Shown piece by piece: positions 40,728 to 50,635 of a stretch of DNA of 64,000 bases (positions within the stretch are counted from its first letter, which is position 1; each line of letters opens with the position of its first letter). The translations under genes and the position numbers were made by a program. The notes below the pieces were generated by a model. The model was given only the letters and a program-made list of their open reading frames with translations. It was not told the origin of the DNA and ran no database searches. The DNA comes from Verrucomicrobiota bacterium (GTDB taxonomy: Bacteria; Verrucomicrobiota; Verrucomicrobiia; Limisphaerales; AAA164-E04): contig CP170459.1 in the NCBI GenBank assembly GCA_047947115.1, forward strand, positions 4,896,001-4,960,000, in the 5' to 3' direction.

Positions 40728-43295
40728 TTGCTTTCATGCGCCATGACATCATTCAACATAGCGTCACAACTAGATTCACAACTGTCCCTCAACCAGGTGA
40801 CCATCCCCGACCTGTGGCAACAGGACGCAGTAACAGCACTGCGTGAAGGCAAGGATGTTGTGGTGCACGCCCCAACCGGCGCCGGAAAAACACTCATTTT
40901 CGAACTTTGGTCCAACCAAGGAAAACTCAAAAAGGGCCAGGCCATTTACACCGTTCCCACCAGAGCCCTGGCCAACGACAAATTGGCTGAGTGGCGATCG
41001 AAAGGCTGGAATGTCGGCATAGCGACAGGTGATTTGTCGGAAAACCTTGAAGCCCCCATTCTCGTCGCCACACTTGAAACTCAGAAAAACCGACTTATCC
41101 GGGGAGACGGCCCCAAATTGCTGGTAGTTGATGAATACCAGATGCTGGGAGATCAGGATAGAGGACTGAACTACGAACTCGCACTTGCCCTGGCCCCCCA
41201 GCAGACGCAATTGCTTTTGCTCAGCGGCAGCGTCGCCAATCCCCTGCAAATTGTCGATTGGCTGAAAAGACTGAAGCGCGACGCCATCCTGGTCGAGCAT
41301 CATGTGCGCCCGGTCCCGTTGGAAGAAGTGGCCCCCATGCACCTGGGCTATCATGTCCCAAAGACCATCCGATCTTTCTGGGGAAAGTTCTTGGCCAAAA
41401 GCTTGGCCGAAGGACTGGGCCCTGTCTTGATGTTTGCGCCACGTCGTAAAGCAGCCGAAAAGCTCGCGATCGAACTGGCCACGCAGCTTCCCACCCCCAA
41501 CCCCCTCACATTAACCGAAGACCAGAAACATCTAGTAGGCGATCGAATGGCCAAATTGCTCTCCAACCGAATCGCCTATCACCACAGCGGACTCAGTTAC
41601 GCAGCCAGGGCCGGAGTGATCGAACCCCTGGCCAAAGCGGGGCAATTGAGAGTGGTGGTAGCCACCATGGGCCTGGCGGCGGGCATTAATTTTTCCCTGA
41701 GAAGCGTCGTCCTGGTAGATGATTCCTACCGGCGCGATTACCAGGAATTCCCCATCCAACCAGACGAAATACTTCAAATGTTCGGTCGAGCCGGCCGCCG
41801 AGGGATCGATGAAATCGGTTTCGTACTGGTAGGGGGTAATTCAGTCAGACTCAGAGACGCCCACTCGGCAAAACTGACCCGGAGCGGCATGGTGGACTGG
41901 AATGCACTCCTCACAATCATGCATGCAGCATCACTTCAGGGCAAAGATCCTTATGCCGAAGCAGTGCGTGTACAAGAACGCCTTTTCACCACCAAACCCA
42001 TTTTTCTTGGCGTGGAAAACGCCATGAAACATCCCGATACACCCTGCAACCTGGGGACCGATGCCGAGCGCGCCCGTTACGTTAACAAGAAAATCCGGCA
42101 AATTCTCAACAGCGAAGGTGAATGGGATTATGATCCCACTGTTCAAGAAGTTCCCCTGGAAAACATCCTCGTCCCGATCTACCAAACTGCTCAGGGCGAA
42201 CTCGTGAAATGGTGGAAACTGAAGGAACCCGCCAAGAAGATGGATGGATGGAAACTGGCGCATCTCCAACCCGCCATGACGGTTCAGGAATTGGTCGGCG
42301 AAATTGGCCATGGCCGCCCATGTGTGCTCGATGATTCCGGAAAATGGAAAATCTATGGAAAAGCCCTCACTGTGGCGGATCGATTGCACAATGGAAAAAT
42401 CATCCTGACCAAATGGGTTCGCCGACTGACAGCTTGGAGGGGGCGCCAGATCTCCGACGGACAATGGCAGCAACGTATCCAGCCACTCATCCGAAAACGC
42501 ATGGCCCAGAAAGGAGTGGATGTCGTGCGGTTCATGGAACAGGAACACGCCATTACTGTCCACCTGAACTACGGCAAACAATCACTGAACGTGCCTGTCG
42601 ACCGACATGGAGTCCCACTTTGGAGCGCCGCCGTACGCAAAGTGGCCCCATCAGCCTGTATCGAATGTTCCTTGGTAGAGACATGCCGCTCACTTTCCGC
42701 CAAGACGGGTACGGCGATGCTTTGGAGACGTCTCCACCTGATTGATGCCCAGGGCGTGCCCACCCGTAGAGGACGCATCGTCAGCTTCTATACACATGGC
42801 GATGGACTGGCTATTGCCGCCGCGCTCGAAGACACGAGTTATCCACTGGATGAACTGATTTATGACATTGCCGATCTACACGCAGGACACCGATTCAGCC
42901 GGGATGAACACCGATGGGGAGGCCGTATGGCCATGGTGTGCCACGACGTTTATGGTTTCCAGAACATTCCCGGATACCTCGAAAACGGTATCCCTACGCA
43001 GTACGGTTACGGCGCGGAAACCATCGTAATGGATGTTCACAAGGCCGAACTCAACAAATTCAAATGGGTAACCGACTTCCTGGGAGCTGGTGACATAGAC
43101 CGCATCATCATTGAATGGCGCAGCCTGCTGCGACAAACGGTTCACTCCCCGGCTGTGGAATGGGACCGCTGGCTGGACTTCCAGGAATTGGCTCGAAAAA
43201 CGCTTGATGAAACAGTCTCCCCAACCCTCACGGAACTACCCGAGCTCGAATACAACCAGAAACAACGTGTGGATCACGCATTAAAATTGCGATAA
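40728..43295 (+). CDS. Ski2/HelY-like superfamily II DExH helicase
   Basis: APTGAGKT, PTRALAN, VVDEYQ, LSGS, YHHSGL, QMFGRAGRRG. Confidence 0.88.
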   Translation: MLSCAMTSFNIASQLDSQLSLNQVTIPDLWQQDAVTALREGKDVVVHAPTGAGKTLIFELWSNQGKLKKGQAIYTVPTRALANDKLAEWRSKGWNVGIATGDLSENLEAPILVATLETQKNRLIRGDGPKLLVVDEYQMLGDQDRGLNYELALALAPQQTQLLLLSGSVANPLQIVDWLKRLKRDAILVEHHVRPVPLEEVAPMHLGYHVPKTIRSFWGKFLAKSLAEGLGPVLMFAPRRKAAEKLAIELATQLPTPNPLTLTEDQKHLVGDRMAKLLSNRIAYHHSGLSYAARAGVIEPLAKAGQLRVVVATMGLAAGINFSLRSVVLVDDSYRRDYQEFPIQPDEILQMFGRAGRRGIDEIGFVLVGGNSVRLRDAHSAKLTRSGMVDWNALLTIMHAASLQGKDPYAEAVRVQERLFTTKPIFLGVENAMKHPDTPCNLGTDAERARYVNKKIRQILNSEGEWDYDPTVQEVPLENILVPIYQTAQGELVKWWKLKEPAKKMDGWKLAHLQPAMTVQELVGEIGHGRPCVLDDSGKWKIYGKALTVADRLHNGKIILTKWVRRLTAWRGRQISDGQWQQRIQPLIRKRMAQKGVDVVRFMEQEHAITVHLNYGKQSLNVPVDRHGVPLWSAAVRKVAPSACIECSLVETCRSLSAKTGTAMLWRRLHLIDAQGVPTRRGRIVSFYTHGDGLAIAAALEDTSYPLDELIYDIADLHAGHRFSRDEHRWGGRMAMVCHDVYGFQNIPGYLENGIPTQYGYGAETIVMDVHKAELNKFKWVTDFLGAGDIDRIIIEWRSLLRQTVHSPAVEWDRWLDFQELARKTLDETVSPTLTELPELEYNQKQRVDHALKLR

Positions 43296-43373
43296 TTCAC
43301 TCAATGCCATCGGCAACTCGAAATCAATTCAAGGGTGCTGAAGGATATGACGCGATGAATTCAATGAAAGCGC

Positions 43374-43997
43374 TTAACCCAGCAAGCAATCCCCAGCTAC
43401 CAGCTCTACATCATCTTTCCTTGATGAGACAGATGCGAGATGGCGTTTCTTATTGTTGCGGATAGAAACATTGATTTCCATATCCCCTTTTCCCACCGAC
43501 GGGACCGTTCCAGCCATCCCAAACACAGGCAGCAGGTTGTAAATGGTTTCGCTTAAAAACGTGTTCACTCCCTTTTCAATTTCTCCATCCACTTTGCTCA
43601 GTTCGCACAAACGTTTGAGATGATGCTTCAGGGCAATCACGTGATGTTTGATGTGCTCAACATGGGTCAAAGGAGTCCCGCATTGCAGGACGATTTTCGA
43701 ATCGGTTGCACTTGCGTAAGCTTTGATTTCAGCAAGCTTCAGTGATTCGTCCGAACCACTTTCAATCTTTGAAATCGCAGATTGAGTGACACCCATTTTC
43801 TCTGCCAGCTGAGCCTGGGTCATGTTGGCCTGTTTTCTAATTTGAACCAGTGTGTCAGTAACGATGCTCTTTCGCTCCAGCGCTTCCAATTCCGCGCGCT
43901 CTTCTCCTGTAAAATAATTGGATTCGAAAAAGTCTTCGATGTTTTCAAATTCAGCTTCGCAATTTCCGCCTTTAATTTTGTTTGTGGTTCTTTTCAT
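43374..43997 (-). CDS. XRE-family HTH protein, putative antitoxin
   Basis: IRKQANMTQAQLAEKMGVTQSAISKIESG; 18 bp downstream of a RelE-like toxin gene. Confidence 0.8.
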   Translation of the reverse strand: MKRTTNKIKGGNCEAEFENIEDFFESNYFTGEERAELEALERKSIVTDTLVQIRKQANMTQAQLAEKMGVTQSAISKIESGSDESLKLAEIKAYASATDSKIVLQCGTPLTHVEHIKHHVIALKHHLKRLCELSKVDGEIEKGVNTFLSETIYNLLPVFGMAGTVPSVGKGDMEINVSIRNNKKRHLASVSSRKDDVELVAGDCLLG

Positions 43998-44015
43998 GTT
44001 TGTAAGCAGAAGCTC

Positions 44016-44372
44016 TTACTTGCGCTTCAATTCTGTTATATGCTTTTTGGATGTTTGAATGTCCTTCTGCTGACTGCGCTTGTCACCAATTGTCAGGAGT
44101 AAAACGGTATTATTCCTTATTCTTATATGAATATATAATCTTGTCTCTGCGAGTGGCCCAAGCCTCTTGTCCGCTGAGGATTGGCCAATGGCCACTATAC
44201 CATTTCCTTCCGGGTGCAAATAGCCAGCCCTAAATGATTTGATGTCCGATAAGCCTTCAATGGCTTTGACGTATCTTTTCAAATTATGAAAAAGAACGGA
44301 TACCTCTCTCGGGTATCGTTTTCGAAAGGATTTTAGTTTCTCTTCAAATCCTTCAACCGGCTTTAATGTCAT
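44016..44372 (-). CDS. RelE/HigB-superfamily toxin (putative)
   Basis: Basic 118-aa protein; RLY..VLLLTIGDKRSQQKDI resembles the LLLxGGDKxxQxxDI motif of HigB-like killer proteins. Confidence 0.72.
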   Translation of the reverse strand: MTLKPVEGFEEKLKSFRKRYPREVSVLFHNLKRYVKAIEGLSDIKSFRAGYLHPEGNGIVAIGQSSADKRLGPLAETRLYIHIRIRNNTVLLLTIGDKRSQQKDIQTSKKHITELKRK

Positions 44373-44388
44373 GTGTGAGCCTCAATTC

Positions 44389-44416
44389 AGGATATTCCAT
44401 TTTGGAATTTCGTCAA
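44389..44416 (-). promoter_or_regulatory. sigma70 promoter with palindromic operator for the TA operon
   Basis: Minus strand TTGACG-16 nt-TATCCT; dyad ATTCCA-ttt-TGGAAT (44394-44408) sits in the spacer. Confidence 0.65.
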
Positions 44417-44578
44417 TTATTATTTTTACTTTTGCTGCTTCCGACATCAACGACTGCGGAATCAAACAACCACTGGCATCCGATAATATCTGACCATCGC
44501 TGAGAGGAACGTAACGAGTTTCCATCGAATGCATCCCCTTCCTTTCAGATCTATTCAAACGACCTCCTCGCAAACCAT

Positions 44579-47275
44579 CTATTCATCATTACCAGGACTG
44601 ACGATTCTGAAGAAACTTCCTCCGGCTGTGGTCCTGGTATCTATGACGATTCCTCTCGAATCGGCATCTCCTAAATCACCACTTTGCCATGTTTCCCAGT
44701 GAATGAGATCCTTGGACATTTCAATGGTGAAGGCCTGGGCAAGGGCTCCATTCATCAAAAGCCGGACATTTGAACCACCTCCGGGTGGTTCCGACACGAT
44801 AGACAATCGGACGGGTTCGATATCTGTTGAAGGTGGCGGAGGTACGTCATCCAAGACGATGACCGCTTCGGATGGATACCCCAGTTGGTAGGAATCTCCC
44901 GGTTTCAAAGCCAGATGAAGAGATTCCGGGTCTTCTGCGTCAAGGTCTGAAATGGCAGCCAATTGTATCAAACCCTCAGCTTTCCCAGCAGGAACCAGTA
45001 TCGGCCCCATTCCCTGCAAAATGTTCAGATCCCTTCCCAATTCGATTGACCCTGTGGCTCCAAAATCCACCCAGGTTTCTCTTCCGTCACCCGCCATCCG
45101 CCGTAAATGAAGATCCCGGCTGCGTGGCATGGATTCTGGCAGAATGGAACGGATGGTTTTGACTGGATCATCCAAGCCAGCGATCGAAGGCGGCAGCTCA
45201 AATGAGTCCGGACGAAAATCCCAGAAAACAACCGGTTTGTCACTTCCGCGCAAGACATCATCAAAAACCGTCGATACAACCAGATGATCCAACAGCATGC
45301 GGCCGATGCCGCCGGAAACACTGCTAGGTTGTCGAATGGCCAAAGCTGTTAACTGACTCGATGATGCTTCATCCAAGGCCACGACTGATAAATCCAATTC
45401 TGCCATCGGATTGACCCATAAACTGGTTTGAGCTTCCTGCAATTGGTAAGCCAGGACAATTCTCAGGCGCATGGGCGCAGTAAACACTTCCGGATACCAA
45501 ACATCGGCGCCGGAACTTCCATTGGAAATACCCAACTCAAAGTTTCCTTCGCTACCGGCCACGCTGCGAACAAACAATCTCGCCCGGTAACTGGAAGAAT
45601 TCCCTCCACGCAAGTGCGCCCAATAAGTTCCGTCACCCTCAGGTGCCTTGGCAAAAAACACATCCATCCCCATGTAAAGCATTCCTGGCAAGTTCGGAAC
45701 CTGTTTTTCAGGAATGGGAAAAGAAATATAAACGTCCTCTGCCTGAACTTCATTGACGTCCAATTGACCCGCAAAAGCAAGTATTTCGCTTTCCTCACCG
45801 CTGGCATGCTGCCATCTACCGTAAGAAACTTCGGTCAAGGGACCATCCGGATAATCAAAAGTCTCCTCTAGGACAATGCCAGAAAAGTCGTCACTTTGGA
45901 TCGTGATTTCGACTCTACCCGATGCGATTTGATAAGAAGGATCGCCCAACACGAACAAGATCAAGTTCTCCTCAGATTCAGTCAGGTCATCATTCAGAAT
46001 TTGAACAAACAACTCCAGCCTTGTCTGCCCTGGCTCAAAGGCGGGTGACAGGGGAAAGGACAACTCAAAATCCGTCCCTCTCTCAGCAACGCCTCCCACC
46101 TCCAAAGGTATAGTGAGTGGAGTTTGGACATCACCTTCCCTCTCCAAAACAACCACCCAATCCTGTTCATCCCCCTCTGTCACCGTTAACACCTGGCTCG
46201 AAAGATGAATGGTGGTCAAATCATCGTCTGCAATATGCCACTCAACACTTGAACTCCCTGAAATGTCGTACGACTCCGACTCAACGAATGACATGCTTAG
46301 AATCTCTGAACCTTCCTTTACATCGTCATCCAATATTTCCAAGGTAATCTCTGCCTGAACCTGATTCGGCTCAAAATGAATCTGCCCCACCTGCCCGGTG
46401 TAATCTTCCCCGAAAACAGCCGTGCCGGCCCATAGAATTCCGACATCCAGAGAGACGTCCGTCACTCCGTCTCTTTGAATCACAACCAAAAGGGAAAATC
46501 CCCCCCTTTCGGGGAGGATTTCCATATTGTTGTTGATTCTTAACACCGGTTTTTCAGGGATCACCAGGGCAGTCAAATCGCTGAACTCAGTCGTGACTTT
46601 AAGCGTGTCAATTTTGATATGCCCAATGCCGGAAACCTGTCGAAAGGCAAACTGATCAATGCCCCGGACCGATGCTTCATCTCCGGCAACCCAGTTCAGA
46701 TCATCCTCGGAAACAGGATCAACACCCAACCGCGTGGCTGCTGTGGATGGTTGATAGCTCATCACAATCCGATAACTTTGATTCAGTTCAAGGTTCTGAT
46801 CGAGCATGGTGGAATCCGAAAAACTGGAACCACCGTTGCTGATGCCCAACTTGAAACCGTCACCCTCTTCCGAAGCGGCGATGAATAACCGTCCCCTGAA
46901 GGTCGCCGAGCTACCTCCCCGAAAATGAGCAAAGTACCCACCTCCGCTGGAAGGTTTCTCGGTAACGGTCAACGTAAAGGATGCGTATAGCGTCACATCA
47001 CTTTCCGCATCGTACGATTGATCCGAGAGCGGGATCCCGACATCTTCCGACGCCGAGGATGCGATGTTTAACTGCCCGTTCTGCACCATCAAGTCACCTT
47101 CGGTTCCACTTCGATGTTCCCAAAGAGAACCCTCAGAAGAGACCAGAGGACCGTCAGGATAATTGAATGTCTGATCGACCAACGTCTCGGATTTCACCGA
47201 AAGTGAAAGGACGAAGATCGCGCAAGCGATGCCCCAAAGAGCATCCCGATACCGTGTAGATATGGTTTGTTTCAT
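44579..47275 (-). CDS. Large secreted protein with Calx-beta repeats and a duplicated ~200-aa beta-rich domain
   Basis: Signal peptide; ILDDDVKEGSE / ILNDDLTESEE / ISDLDAEDPE; duplicated (Q/E)TFxYPDGPL..W.H.SG..HxRGG.S..RxRLF..LGISNG; C-terminal IEMSKDLIHW..FFRI. Confidence 0.75.
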   Translation of the reverse strand: MKQTISTRYRDALWGIACAIFVLSLSVKSETLVDQTFNYPDGPLVSSEGSLWEHRSGTEGDLMVQNGQLNIASSASEDVGIPLSDQSYDAESDVTLYASFTLTVTEKPSSGGGYFAHFRGGSSATFRGRLFIAASEEGDGFKLGISNGGSSFSDSTMLDQNLELNQSYRIVMSYQPSTAATRLGVDPVSEDDLNWVAGDEASVRGIDQFAFRQVSGIGHIKIDTLKVTTEFSDLTALVIPEKPVLRINNNMEILPERGGFSLLVVIQRDGVTDVSLDVGILWAGTAVFGEDYTGQVGQIHFEPNQVQAEITLEILDDDVKEGSEILSMSFVESESYDISGSSSVEWHIADDDLTTIHLSSQVLTVTEGDEQDWVVVLEREGDVQTPLTIPLEVGGVAERGTDFELSFPLSPAFEPGQTRLELFVQILNDDLTESEENLILFVLGDPSYQIASGRVEITIQSDDFSGIVLEETFDYPDGPLTEVSYGRWQHASGEESEILAFAGQLDVNEVQAEDVYISFPIPEKQVPNLPGMLYMGMDVFFAKAPEGDGTYWAHLRGGNSSSYRARLFVRSVAGSEGNFELGISNGSSGADVWYPEVFTAPMRLRIVLAYQLQEAQTSLWVNPMAELDLSVVALDEASSSQLTALAIRQPSSVSGGIGRMLLDHLVVSTVFDDVLRGSDKPVVFWDFRPDSFELPPSIAGLDDPVKTIRSILPESMPRSRDLHLRRMAGDGRETWVDFGATGSIELGRDLNILQGMGPILVPAGKAEGLIQLAAISDLDAEDPESLHLALKPGDSYQLGYPSEAVIVLDDVPPPPSTDIEPVRLSIVSEPPGGGSNVRLLMNGALAQAFTIEMSKDLIHWETWQSGDLGDADSRGIVIDTRTTAGGSFFRIVSPGNDE

Positions 47276-47581
47276 GATTATTTTATATTGATGTAATGTT
47301 GACTGATAACAGTGCTCAAAATACTAAGCACAATTTAATCATTATTATTTCAATGAGTTGAGCAATATAAAACAGGTCTTAAAACAAGACATTTGAATCT
47401 AAAATGCGACACACGATTACTTTTATTTCAATAAAACATGAACAACATTGTCCCAATGGGGCGGCGGAAGCGCATTTCAGAATCGCATCTTATTGCACTT
47501 TCCTTGTCTGATTAAAAACCCTGCCCGCCTCACGCAACCTTCGGTTGAACATCCAGCGGCCTCTGCTAAGATGCGTCGCAC

Positions 47582-49933
47582 ATGGCCAATCGAAAACAGA
47601 AGCAATCGGGCAAGAAACCCCAGCCCCACAAGCAGGAACCAGACAAGGGTCTCCCTCCTTGGGTGTGGGGTATTGGGGCTTTGATCCTGGTTGGTTTGCT
47701 GATCTTTTTCAAAAATTCGCAACTTGAGTCGAACGCACGAAAGTCCCAAGCCCCTGACGATGGAGGTCCGGGGTTATCCATGGATCGACTCCGGATTCCG
47801 GACGAAAAAGTCTATGACGCTTATGCCGGGACTGCTTCATGCCGTGAGTGTCATCAGAAGGAATTCGACAAGTGGATGCCTTCCAACCATCGCATGGCTG
47901 AACGTCCCTTGATGACGGATATGGACACTCCGGCGTTTGATCCACCCCATGCTTTCACGATTGCTTCGGTAGAGTCCAAGGCCAGCAAAACAGGTAAAGA
48001 TTACCAGATTCAAACACTGGGAATCACATCAACCAACCAGAATCACCGACTGGAGCGTGTCCTCGGGCACACTCCGTTACGACAATTTCTGACGGATATT
48101 GGCGAAGGACGTATCCAGGCTTTGGATACGTCCTGGGATCCGCACAAAGGTGAGTGGTTTAATGTTTACGGCGAGGAAGATCGACGCCCCGGTGAGTGGG
48201 GACACTGGACTGGGCGTGGTATGAATTGGAACAGTATGTGCGCCGGTTGCCACAACACCCGTTTGAGAAAAAATTACGATTCGGAAACCGACAAATATCA
48301 TACTTCCATGGCCGAAATGTCGGTTGGCTGTGAAGCTTGTCACGGTCCGATGAAAGCGCATGTGCGGCATTACAAGGCGCCGTCCATCTACCCGAAACCA
48401 CCTAAAGCCGTCCTGGGGGAAAGAGATCCTCAACAGATTTTGAACACGTGCGGTTCCTGCCATTCGAGAAGAACCGAATTAACTGGAGATTACGCCCCGG
48501 GAGAGGCTTATTTGGATCATTACTCGCTGGTGATTCCGGATGCCTCCGATCTTTATTACGCGGACGGCCAGGTGCGGGATGAGGATTACGTTTACACTTC
48601 TTTTCTGAGCAGCAAAATGCATCAGGCTGGCGTTCATTGCATGGATTGTCATAATCCCCATTCCAATGAAACCATTCTTCCCGGCAACGCACTTTGCATG
48701 CGATGTCACACGGGAGGGTATCCGAACTCACCAGTCATTGATCCGAACAAACACATGTTTCATCAACCGGATACACCCGGCGGAAATTGTGTGGATTGCC
48801 ACATGCCGCAGACCACCTACATGCAACGTCATCCACGTCGTGATCATGGCTTCACCATTCCGGATCCCCTGCTCACCAAAGAGCTGAACATCCCCAACGC
48901 CTGCAATCGATGTCATGAAGACAAAACCACCGACTGGGCCATCACTGCGGTGGATGAATGGTACGGAGAACGCATGAACCGTCCCACCCGCGACCGCGCG
49001 CGCTGGATCGCCAAAGCCAGGGAAAACACCGAAGGCTCCCACAAACCTTTGTTGGAGATGTTAAAAGACGAAACCACTCCGCCTTTCTGGAAAGCGGTTG
49101 CCACCCGTTTACTGGACACATGGTGGTTCGAACGGGGCGTTATGGACGAAATGGTGAAAGCCACGACCAGCACCAATGCCCTGTTACGCAGCCAGGTCGT
49201 GATGGCCCTTGGACCCGCGGCACAGGCAGGGCAACCGGATGCCATACAAGCTCTCCAAAATAGATTGGAAGATCCCGTTCGCAGCGTGCGTGTCAACGCC
49301 GGATGGTCGATCCGCAATCTGGTGGATCCTGCCTCTTTGACTGGACAGGAATTACAGCACTTCCTGAATCTTCATCTCGATCAACCATCGGGACAAATGC
49401 AGAAAGGCGCCTGGCACCTTGCGCAACAGGACATCGAATCCGCCCTCAAACATTACAGCAAGGCCGTGGAATGGGATCCAAACTCCGCGCCTCTCCGCCA
49501 TGAACTGGCGGTGGTTTACAGCATGGCTGGCATTGGCGACAAAGCTTTGGAACAAATGAAGGAAGCTTGCCGCCTGGACCCCACTGAAGGCGAATATTTT
49601 TACAAACTCGCCCTGGCCTGGAACGAACTCGGCAATAAGGACGAGGTTTTGAAATCACTGGAAAAAGCGGTCGAAGTGGACCCGCGACATTCACGTGCCT
49701 GGTATAATCTTGGCTTGGCACAAAACGACAAGGGATTGAAGGAAGATGCCGTCCGTAGTCTGGTGCGTGGTGAATCGGCCAATCCATTTGACCCTGAGAT
49801 CCCTTACGCACGCGCCACCATCCTCATGGCAATGGGACGCGTGGAAGAAGCTAGGAGAGCGGCGCAGCGTGCATTGGAGATCCAGCCCGATTTCGGTGCG
49901 GCTCAAGGGCTTTTGAACAATCTTGGACGTTGA
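47582..49933 (+). CDS. Membrane-anchored octaheme c-type cytochrome with C-terminal HEAT/TPR repeats
   Basis: Eight CxxCH motifs (CRECH, CAGCH, CEACH, CGSCH, CMDCH, CMRCH, CVDCH, CNRCH); TPR motifs such as AWYNLG. Confidence 0.88.
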   Translation: MANRKQKQSGKKPQPHKQEPDKGLPPWVWGIGALILVGLLIFFKNSQLESNARKSQAPDDGGPGLSMDRLRIPDEKVYDAYAGTASCRECHQKEFDKWMPSNHRMAERPLMTDMDTPAFDPPHAFTIASVESKASKTGKDYQIQTLGITSTNQNHRLERVLGHTPLRQFLTDIGEGRIQALDTSWDPHKGEWFNVYGEEDRRPGEWGHWTGRGMNWNSMCAGCHNTRLRKNYDSETDKYHTSMAEMSVGCEACHGPMKAHVRHYKAPSIYPKPPKAVLGERDPQQILNTCGSCHSRRTELTGDYAPGEAYLDHYSLVIPDASDLYYADGQVRDEDYVYTSFLSSKMHQAGVHCMDCHNPHSNETILPGNALCMRCHTGGYPNSPVIDPNKHMFHQPDTPGGNCVDCHMPQTTYMQRHPRRDHGFTIPDPLLTKELNIPNACNRCHEDKTTDWAITAVDEWYGERMNRPTRDRARWIAKARENTEGSHKPLLEMLKDETTPPFWKAVATRLLDTWWFERGVMDEMVKATTSTNALLRSQVVMALGPAAQAGQPDAIQALQNRLEDPVRSVRVNAGWSIRNLVDPASLTGQELQHFLNLHLDQPSGQMQKGAWHLAQQDIESALKHYSKAVEWDPNSAPLRHELAVVYSMAGIGDKALEQMKEACRLDPTEGEYFYKLALAWNELGNKDEVLKSLEKAVEVDPRHSRAWYNLGLAQNDKGLKEDAVRSLVRGESANPFDPEIPYARATILMAMGRVEEARRAAQRALEIQPDFGAAQGLLNNLGR

Positions 49934-50125
49934 GGAGCTTTTGCTTCGATGAATTGAATCTTACGCAACTGTGGTCAATGGCAGCCAAAAAAACCAAATA
50001 AAGACCTAAGCCATAACTTACTGCCACTCTACACATAACACTCATAACGCGACCTTTGCCGAATTCGGTCTTGAAATGCGGACCGTTCTGTTGCGAAATG
50101 TTCGCCGAACGAGAGTTGAAACGAT

Positions 50126-50596
50126 ATGTTACTGGGCGAAATCCTGACCAAAGAACAGATCATTCCCGAAATGAAGGCCACCACACGCTGGGAAGCCATC
50201 GAGGAGTTGATAGACAATCTTGTATCCTGCAACAAAATACGACCGCAGGATCGGGAGTCTATCGCCAACGTGGTGAAGAAGCGCGAAACCTCCATGAGCA
50301 CGGGGATTGGCTTTGGTGTGGGGATTCCTCATGCCTCCACCGACCTTATCTATGATGTGGTTGGAGCCTTCGGAAGATCTAAAAGTGGCGTCAATTTTGA
50401 TGCATTGGACAACAAGCCGGTGAATCTGGTGATGCTTTTCCTGGTACCCCAGGGGCAATTCCAGAAGCACCTGCATACCTTGGCAAACATTGCAAAATTG
50501 TTGCACAACAATGAATTCAGGCAGTCACTTGAACAAGCGACCGATGCCGAGGAAATGGAGCGCATCATCAAGGAGAAATCCGCTCCAAAAGCCTGA
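50126..50596 (+). CDS. PTS EIIA component (Ntr/fructose-mannitol class)
   Basis: RETSMSTGIGFGVGIPHA phospho-His motif; FDALDNKPV. Confidence 0.9.
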   Translation: MLLGEILTKEQIIPEMKATTRWEAIEELIDNLVSCNKIRPQDRESIANVVKKRETSMSTGIGFGVGIPHASTDLIYDVVGAFGRSKSGVNFDALDNKPVNLVMLFLVPQGQFQKHLHTLANIAKLLHNNEFRQSLEQATDAEEMERIIKEKSAPKA

Positions 50597-50635
50597 GACG
50601 CAATCTCCACTCCTGCCGATTCCTTGCCAAGCAAA

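Noticed and set aside
43296..47450. Genomic island or prophage around the TA module and Calx-beta gene
   Set aside because: No integrase, tRNA, flanking direct repeats or phage genes seen.
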